NCBI RefSeq assembly: GCF_009914755.1
Contig: NC_060935.1
Direction: 5' to 3' (one strand)
Source of the DNA: the human T2T-CHM13v2.0 reference genome, Homo sapiens
Length of the DNA stretch: 64,000 nucleotides
Notes under the pieces: generated by a model
What the model saw: only the letters and a program-made list of their open reading frames with translations
What the model was told of the DNA's origin: nothing
The model's database searches: none
Position numbers and translations under genes: made by a program
Part shown: piece after piece, positions 55,850 to 64,000 of the stretch
Numbering within the stretch: position 1 is the first letter of the stretch
How the letters are laid out: each line of letters begins with the position of its first letter

Positions 55850-57087
55850 CAGATTTTCTGCATGTTCCCATGTAATTATCATAGCAGCCATCCCTACCCT
55901 GTCAGTGCACCCTGAGAAGTAGATGGAGTCATGGACATGTGGCATTTAGGACAATGCCCACCTCCATCATCAGAAGTCCTCAGCTATAAACTTTTAATAC
56001 TCATGATCCCACATGCATTCTTTTACCCATCTTACAGATGTGCAAACCGAATATCAAATGAATACAGTGATTCATCCAGGGCCACCTGGCTAGGAAGGAC
56101 AGAACTAGGTTTCTAATCCATATTGGTCTGACTTCAAGGTCTAAGTTCTGACCTGCAATGTTACCTGATGTCCCAGACAAAACCAGTCCCCTCCTGGGTT
56201 CCTCCTGGTGTCTGTACTGCAGTCCTAATGAGATGAGGTGAAAAAACAATCTCTATCAAAAGAAGAAGGTTGGCAGGAGGTGGGATGGTGACTTAGGTGT
56301 GGGAAGCCGGGTGGGTTCGGTGTCCATCCAGAAGCAGTTTTAACTACTCTCAGCCCCTAGTCCTTTACCCTTTTATTCCATCCTCATCCTGACCAGTGTA
56401 GACTGGTGAGTCCAGGCCCTTCTTTCAAGGGTGTTTTTTTTGTTTGTTTGTTTGTTTTTTTCCCCACTAAAACCACGCATCCAAACACCTAGAGTCTATC
56501 TGGTGCCAGGAACCAAGGCTGTTCCCAAGCCTCACCATATCGTGTTCCTGACCAACTTACTAATTGGAAATAAATCTTCACTTGGAATATGAGGGGAGAA
56601 GATGAAAAGGGGGTGGGAGTGACTTATTCAAATTAAGCTATCTTTAAAAGCAAAACAGAGCAAAGCAAATTGTGGACATTGAGTGCACAGCTGCTGCCTG
56701 ACTTGGTAAAAGGTATCTGGAGATGATGGGCAGTAAAAGGAGACCCCATAAACATACTCATTTCTTGTCTTCTTTGGATCTCAGGGTTTGGCACATGTTG
56801 GTTTCACTTGGCAAGGTGTGCTTCCATGATGAGGCTGCAGTGGTTTCCATGTGACCTCTGGAGATGCCTCATGTAAAAGTGCCTGATACATAGTAGGGAC
56901 TCAATAAGTCTTTGTTGAATGGATAAAAGAAGAAATGAATGAAGACAGCCAAGAAGCTTTCCAAAGAATCATACCACTAGAAGAAAAGAAAACCCAGAGA
57001 AATCATATCTGAGAACACAGATTTCATCCCTTGGTCATAACCTTCTTGCATTCTTCTGGATTTGTGATGTCCTTTTCTTCCCCTCAG

Positions 57088-57162
57088 TGGTCTTCTCCAG
57101 AGCACCTGAAGCTGCATCATCCTCCATGAGCCCCAAGACCACAGGGGATTGCTCAGAGAAGG
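57088..57162 (+). CDS. Candidate symmetric 75-nt cassette exon (VVFSRAPEAASSSMSPKTTGDCSEK)
   Basis: Strong acceptor tccttttcttcccctcag|TG. Phase 1-1 and stop-free, so it fits between exons E and F. Donor AGG|GTGTGA is only moderate. Confidence 0.4.
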
Positions 57163-58568
57163 GTGTGAGCTTTCTGGAGTGGTTCAAAGGAGGCGTGTCA
57201 GACAGACTTGAAAGGAGATACACCGAGACATATGAAGATACAGGAGGGAAGAGGGTCTATTCCTGGTCAGGCTGAGCAGTAAGAAATAGGAAGGAAATTG
57301 AAAGTCACAGTGGGGCAGTTTCACAGCTGTGGGTGATCCTGAAGCCCTTGGGAATGGTCATGGAGCTCAGTGGCTTTTAAATGTGTGCCTCTATAGCCTG
57401 TAGCTTCAGCGGACTCTGGTTAGTGGTGTCCCAGATGGGTGTGCCATTGCTGCTCTGAAAGGGAGATCCCCTATGCCCAATCACTCTTGGTCTTACATAG
57501 AAGGAGGTTTCTTTGTAATTGGAGGTTGGCACCCTGATGGAGTCCAGAGCATGAATTATTAGTTCTTATTAAGTAGGGATATTGGTTGTTGCCAGAAGTC
57601 TTCCTGAAGAGAGTGTAAACTATTCCTTTGTGGTTACCTTTTAAGAATAGATTGCATCTAAAGCTCGCATTCAAACAATTTATGTTATTTGACCTACTTT
57701 GATTCACTAATTTACTTTGAGGTTTTCTTTGTTTTTGTTTTCCATGTTGTATGGAGGCTTTGGAACCAATTTCATGATGCTTAAAGGTCTCTTTTGGCCT
57801 GTAGATTTTTCTGAAAGCCTTAAGTCCACAAAGATCATACTAAGAAATTTGAACAACGTTGTTTTCAAACAATGACGAGGAATCTCTGGTGATTTCTAGG
57901 CTTGATTTCCCGATGTCCTCAGTTGTTTGCTGCCTGATTGTCCCATGAGGAAAGGAAAATGTGGCTCTTGATTTTTAGAGATTTTCAATGGGCAAGTGCT
58001 GCATCTGATCTGTAAGACATACAGGTGGCATTTTCAAGTTATCTCCATCTCTCCCCTTTCTGTAGCTCAGCTGATATAGAAGTGCAGGCTGTGGGGAGCT
58101 GCCTGGGTTCCAGAAGCCTTGGAGATAAAGTTGTTCCTTAGGTATTCATGTGAGGACAGAAAAGGTGCATCCTGAATAGATAACTCCCTTTTGTGCTGTA
58201 ACCTAAAGGAAACCTGAAGTCAAACATGGGGCAGGGCACAGCACCCATACCAGCTATGGGAAACCAGACGTGGAACATCTGGACTGCTTATTGGCAAACC
58301 CTTGGCCTTCAATCAGAAGTCTTTTGCAAATGGAGCCATCAGAAGCCTAAGTACGTTTTAGTTCAAGTCATTGTTCAGCGGCACATCACCTAGGGCCCCT
58401 GCACCTGGTCTAGGAAACCTTTGAGATTTCTGAGTTCCATAGGCTACTTTCAGGACCCTCTAAGGGCTGAAGAGATTCCTCTGCCTTTTTAGCATCTCTC
58501 ACCAGCAAGCATCAGCACTTCTGTGGCAGTTTATGAAACTATGTTGGTAATTTTTAAAGAATCAGGCT

Positions 58569-58858
58569 AGCTGGGTGCCATGGCTCATGCCTGTAATCTC
58601 AGCACTTTGGGAGGCCAAGGTGGGCAGATGGCTTGAGCCTAGGAGTTTGAGACCAGCCTGGGCAACATGGCGAAACCCTATCTCCACAAAAAGTACAAAA
58701 ATTAGGGTGTGATGGCTTGTGTCTGTAGTCCCAGCTACTTGGGAGGCTGAAGTGGGGGGATCACTTGAGCCTGGAAGGTGGAGGCTGCGTGAGCACCACT
58801 GCACTTCAGCCTGGACAACAGAGTGGGTCTCTGTCTCAAAAAATAAAAATTAAAAACA
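58569..58858 (+). mobile_element. AluJ
   Basis: Diverged Alu with J-type features (gcttgagcctaggagtttgagaccagcctgggcaac). Confidence 0.9.
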
Positions 58859-59751
58859 AGGAATCAGTCTAAAATAATTTATGGTTGAGGAGCTCACCAA
58901 AGTCTTTGAAACAATTGAAAGTAATTCAAAGTGAATTGAGGTAATTCACATGATAGAAAGAAATAGGCAAGGAAACGTCCTTTGAATTGCCAAGTGAGGA
59001 GACATGGCTATATTTCCTGACTGCTTTGGGTCATTATGGCTACCTTGTCCTTTATCTTGTCGGAGGCTGCCATGTTGGAGCCCTCAGCGCCATAGGTCTC
59101 CTTGTCTTCCCCTTTCTTCTGCCCTTAGTCGTCAGTGAGAACAACAGAAGTTCAGATCATGCTTTCTCACATGTTCCTAGTCTGCTGATTGCTGGGAGAA
59201 TTAGAAAGGACAGTTGCCATAGGATGGACTTTGCCTTAAGTAGGCTGTCTCCAGAGCAACGAAGGAGGAGGAAGGAGTGAGGCCTATGGTGTTTCATGTG
59301 TACCTTTTACCAAGTCGAAGCAGCCATCTTGTCATTGCTAGGGCTGAGGGGAAGCTGCAAAGGTTGGGGGAGTTGATACTCACTTGGCTCTGAGGTATGT
59401 TCCCACCACCCAGTGTGATTAAGTGGGATGTTGTTTTCTAGGGTCATAGGAAAGAATGTTCAATTACTCTCCCTTATAGATTTCTCTTAACTTATAACCG
59501 TAGAGCTTGTAGACATGAGGCTTCTTGGAAACTGTCTCTTTCTAAAAGGTCTTTCCACCGTTCAGGTCCTATGAGTCTAGCTCTGATGGACCACTGAGTG
59601 ATTCGTATCTCCCCTTTGCAACACTTGCCCCAAAAGCCCAGATCTAGAGGGATGTGTCAGGTGACCTAACAGGAGGCCTGCTTTGTTTTCTGTTGGTTTC
59701 TCCAATTTGGGGGTTTTCCCCATTTCCTTACACCCTGGTTTTCCTTCCTAG

Positions 59752-60443
59752 GAGAGAAGAGGTTGCAGAGGGAGAAGTCTGAGCAGGTTCTGGATAACCC
59801 AGAAGACCTGAGGGGTCCCATTCATCTCTCTGTGCTGAGACAGGGCAAAAGTCCCTACAAGCGTGGCTTTGATGAGGGGGATGTACACCCCCAAGCTAAG
59901 AAGAAGAAAATTGACCTGATTTTCAAGGATGTTCTGGAGGCCTCACTGGAATCTGCGAAGGTGGAAGCCCACCAGTTGGCCCTGAGCACCTCACTGGTCA
60001 TCAGGAAAGTCCCCAAATACCAGGATGACGCCTACAGTCAGTGTGCAACAACAATGACCCATGGTGTGCAGAATATAGGCCAGACCCAGGGGGAGGGGGA
60101 CTGGAAGGTCCCCCAGGGGGTCTCCAAGGAGCCAGGCCAATTGGAGGATGAAGAAGAGGAGCCTTCATCATTCAAGGCCGACAGTCCTGCCGAGGCCTCC
60201 CTTGCATCTGACCCTCATGAACTTCCCACCACCTCTTTTTGCCCTAACTGTATTCGCCTAAAGAAGAAGGTTCGGGAGCTCCAGGCAGAATTAGACATGC
60301 TTAAGTCTGGGAAACTTCCTGAGCCCCCCGTATTGCCACCACAGGTACTGGAGCTCCCAGAGTTCTCGGACCCTGCAGGTAAGTTGGTTTGGATGAGATT
60401 ATTGTCGGAGGGCAGAGTACGCAGTGGGCTGTGTGGAGGGTAG
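59752..60443 (+). CDS. PRDM11: PRDM11 coding exon F. Internal donor after 60378 is used for the long isoform; read-through to the stop at 60443 gives the 477-aa short isoform
   Basis: ttccttcctag|GA acceptor, GCA G|GTAAGT donor at 60378/60379. ORF has a KKKK basic patch and CPNC followed by a heptad-like segment. Summed CDS 1434 nt = 477 aa + stop. Confidence 0.93.
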
Positions 60444-60602
60444 CCTAAAGCTCTCTGTGGAAACCACCTTCCGGGAGACCTGAGGAGTGTAACGTGGAGG
60501 CGGCTACCTCCGTGGGTGGGAGCCCAGGTCCTCAGTGTCTCTGGCAGACCCATCGGCAGCTCTGCCAGGTGCTCCATGTGTTGCCCTTGTATCCTCCTTG
60601 TC

Positions 60603-60608
60603 AATAAA
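60603..60608 (+). terminator. Intronic polyadenylation signal for the short PRDM11 isoform
   Basis: AATAAA 160 nt after the stop at 60443, followed by GT-rich tgtgtgctgtgttcttg at ~60631-60647. Confidence 0.65.
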
Positions 60609-61529
60609 GGAAGTTCCGCTGCAGAAGGGGTGTGTGCTGTGTTCTTGACCCGTTGCCTTTCTCTGGTACTGGTGTCTTACCCCAAAGCCCAATTTCTAAA
60701 CCCAGTCTTTCTCTGTCCCCAGTCTCAAGCAGGGTGTCCCACTGGAGAGATCTCTTGGCTTCCCTAACTTAGTCCAGGAACACAGCCTTGTTCTTCTCTT
60801 CCTGAATCTCTGTCCTGCCACACATGGTCCCAGTTCCCTAGCCTGGAGTTCTGGAAGGATGGAGAGTGAGGGGATCCAGGCCATTCACCTGCATGGCTTT
60901 GCCCTATTCTGTTGGCTACCTGGATTTCTAGAGTTGGTCGACAACTAGGCAGGTGTTCTAGTTCATATCTGCAGCTGAGGGAGACTGTTTACATAGCACT
61001 TACTCTTTTAACCACATCCCTTAGCTCAGAATGAGGTGTTTCTTGTATTCAAAGCATGCGTCTGAACTAAACTGCATTTTGATCCTGAAATCACTTGGGG
61101 CCATATCCAAGATGCCTTTGTTCACATTAATGAAGGGCAAATGAATCCCAAGTCCTTGCCATATAACTTTGGAATGTGTGATGTGCTTTTCCTCCTCCAT
61201 TAGATCTACTCTCCTAGCTTGTGCTGTCCAGTTGATAGGGGGCATTTAAATCCCTCAAACACCCACACATGGAGGGCAAGGGCAGGCAGCCTGAAATCTG
61301 GTGGGTGTGACAAGGCAACCGTGGACAATCACAGGGAGAGTAAAAGTCACATGGGCAAGCAGGAGTGCTCATAAACTAATTCTGGGCTGGGATTCAATCC
61401 ATCATAGGCTTCCACGGACTTCTGTTTCCCATGGTGTGGCACCTACCTTCCAGGAGTGTTTCCTGTGGATTTTGGAAAAGCCTGTTTTCTCCCCCAGGTA
61501 TAAATGTTTCTTTCCCATTTGTTTTTCAG

Positions 61530-63694
61530 CCTCAGAAAGCATGGTCTCCGGCCCCGCCATCATGGAGGATGATGACCAGGAAGTCGATTCAGCAGATGAA
61601 TCTGTCTCCAATGATATGATGACAGCGACGGATGAGCCCTCCAAGATGTCATCGGCCACCGGGCGCCGAATCCGGCGCTTTAAGCAGGAATGGCTGAAGA
61701 AGTTCTGGTTCCTGCGGTACTCCCCAACCCTCAATGAGATGTGGTGCCACGTCTGCCGCCAGTACACGGTGCAGTCCTCACGCACCTCGGCCTTCATCAT
61801 TGGCTCCAAGCAGTTTAAGATTCACACCATCAAACTTCACAGCCAGAGCAACCTGCACAAGAAGTGCCTGCAACTGTACAAGCTCCGCATGCACCCGGAG
61901 AAGACAGAGGAGATGTGTCGCAACATGACCCTGCTCTTCAACACCGCCTACCACCTGGCCTTGGAGGGCAGGCCCTACCTGGACTTCCGGCCCCTGGCGG
62001 AGCTGCTGAGGAAGTGTGAGCTCAAGGTGGTGGACCAGTACATGAATGAGGGAGACTGCCAGATCCTCATCCATCACATCGCCCGGGCCCTGCGGGAAGA
62101 CCTGGTGGAGCGCATCCGCCAGTCACCTTGCCTCAGCGTCATCCTGGATGGGCAGAGCGACGACCTGCTGGCCGACACGGTGGCTGTCTATGTTCAGTAC
62201 ACCAGCAGTGATGGGCCCCCGGCCACAGAGTTCCTGTCCCTGCAGGAGCTGGGATTCTCTAGCACAGAAAGCTATCTCCAGGCACTTGACCGGGCCTTCT
62301 CGGCCTTGGGCATCCGGTTGCAGGATGAAAAGCCAACTGTTGGCTTGGGTGTAGACGGAGCCAACATCACAGCCAGCCTCCGTGCCAGCATGTTCATGAC
62401 CATCCGCAAGACGCTGCCCTGGCTGCTGTGCCTGCCCTTCATGGTGCACCGGCCCCACCTGGAGATCCTGGATGCCATCAGCGGGAAGGAGCTCCCATGC
62501 CTGGAGGAGCTGGAGAACAACCTGAAGCAGCTGCTGAGCTTCTACCGCTACTCACCGCGCCTCATGTGCGAGCTGCGGTCCACGGCGGCCACCCTTTGTG
62601 AGGAGACAGAGTTCCTGGGCGATATCCGGGCAGTGCGGTGGATCATCGGCGAGCAGAACGTCCTCAACGCTCTCATCAAGGACTACCTGGAGGTGGTGGC
62701 CCATCTCAAGGAGGTCAGCAGCCAGACCCAGCGGGCAGACGCCTCGGCCATCGCACTGGCCCTGCTGCAGTTCCTCATGGACTACCAGTCCATCAAGCTC
62801 ATCTACTTCCTGCTGGACGTGATTGCTGTGCTCTCGCGTCTGGCCTACATCTTCCAGGGCGAGTACCTGCTGGTGTCCCAGGTGGATGACAAGATCGAGG
62901 AGGCCATCCAGGAGATCAGCCGGCTGGCTGACTCCCCGGGAGAATACCTGCAGGAGTTCGAGGAGAATTTCCGAGAGAGCTTCAACGGGATCGCCATGAA
63001 GAACCTCAGGGTGGCTGAAGCCAAGTTCCAGTCCATCAGGGAGAAGATCTGCCAGAAGACCCAGGTCATCCTGGCTCAGAGGTTCGACTCCCGCAGCCGG
63101 ATCTTTGTGAAGGCCTGCCAGGTGTTTGACCTGGCTGCCTGGCCCAGGAGCAGTGAGGAGCTGATGAGCTATGGCAAGGAGGATATGGTGCAAATATTTG
63201 ATCACCTGGAGGCCATCCCGACCTTTTCCCGGGATGTCTGTAGGGAAGGGCTGGACCCCCGGGGTAGTCTGTTGATGGAGTGGCGAGAACTCAAGGCCGA
63301 TTACTACACCAAAAATGGCTTCAAAGACCTGATCAGCCACATTTGCAAGTACAAACAGAGGTTTCCACTCTTGAACAAGATCATCCAGGTTCTTAAAGTC
63401 CTCCCCACTTCCACCGCTTGCTGCGAGAAAGGCCGCAATGCCCTCCAGCGAGTTCGCAAAAACCACCGCTCCCGCCTGACCCTGGAGCAGCTTAGCGACC
63501 TGTTGACAATCGCTGTAAACGGACCGCCAATCACCAACTTTGATGCCAAGCGAGCCCTGGACAGCTGGTTTGAGGAGAAGTCTGGGAACAGTTACGCGCT
63601 GTCTGCAGAAGTCCTCAGTAGGATGTCTGCGCTGGAGCAGAAGCCAGCACTACAGACCATGGACCACGGGACGGAGTTTTACCCCGACATTTAG
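61530..63694 (+). CDS. PRDM11: PRDM11 long-isoform terminal exon: domesticated hAT-transposase-like module (TTF-type zinc finger, RNase H-like core, hAT C-terminal dimerisation region; ZNF862-like)
   Basis: gtttttcag|CC acceptor (phase 1). Single 2165-nt open exon with FKQEWLKKFWFL...WCHVC...H...H, ILDG, VDGAN, VRW, STACCEKG and RSRLT motifs. Summed CDS 3534 nt = 1177 aa + stop. Confidence 0.92.
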
Positions 63695-63759
63695 GGAGCT
63701 GGCGCTGCAGAGTTCACTAAGCTGTTGAATATTTTTTTAATCTATACTCATAAGCTTTG

Positions 63760-63819
63760 ATATATTATATAAATATATATTATATTATATTATATTATAT
63801 ATATATATATATATATATA
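63760..63819. repeat. (TA)n/(TATAT)n AT-rich repeat in the 3'UTR of the long isoform
   Basis: Seen directly. Confidence 0.9.
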
Positions 63820-64000
63820 AACTCACACTGAAAATTTTTAAAAACCAAGGTGACGCGTCCACCAGAAGCCACTGGGAGATTTCAGAAAGGAAAAATGTTG
63901 GAAACTGACTCTTGTCTACAAAATTTGGCAGCTGCAACATACATGGCAACTCATTTTCACTCACAGAAGCACGTGCTGGGGCCTCCTGTGTTCCCACCTT

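Noticed and set aside
61301-61529. N-terminal 76 aa of the 797-aa ORF as an independent gene start
   Set aside because: Starts at GTG and looks intronic. A strong acceptor at 61529/61530 in the right phase explains the ORF as a PRDM11 exon.
62552-63466. 304-aa minus-strand ORF
   Set aside because: Antisense shadow of the hAT-like exon.
61530-63694. An autonomous, active hAT transposon
   Set aside because: No terminal inverted repeats or 8-bp TSD seen around it; it is a spliced host exon.

Overview
Human/primate genomic DNA, rich in Alu, L1, L2, MIR and MER repeats. It carries the coding part of PRDM11 on the + strand, behind a CpG island at ~15.8-16.9 kb. Reading the splice sites and checking codon phases by hand gives four shared 5' coding exons (17288-17406, 17767-17870, 18382-18644, 40237-40304; zinc knuckle plus the first half of the PR/SET domain). 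These can be joined to several 3' ends. (a) Exons 55105-55292 + 59752-60443 give a 477-aa short form with an intronic AATAAA. (b) The same route plus the 2.2-kb exon 61530-63694 gives a 1177-aa form ending in a domesticated hAT-transposase-like (ZNF862-type) module. (c) The main finding: two intact coding exons inside the intron that splits the PR/SET domain (44394-44815 and 48005-48579, AATAAA at 50247) are exactly phase-compatible with the shared exons. They predict a 516-aa protein in which the second half of the PR/SET domain is replaced by a Myb/SANT-like DNA-binding domain of the Harbinger/NAIF1/MSANTD type, followed by a helical region and a basic NLS-like tail. The locus therefore looks like a switch between two transposon-related C-terminal modules. 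Weaker candidate exons lie at 52917 and 57088. Also present: a ~170-bp direct repeat flanking the SET exon, a very young AluYa5, a MER85 piggyBac MITE and a 5'-inverted L1PB. Repeat family names are from recognition, not from a database search.
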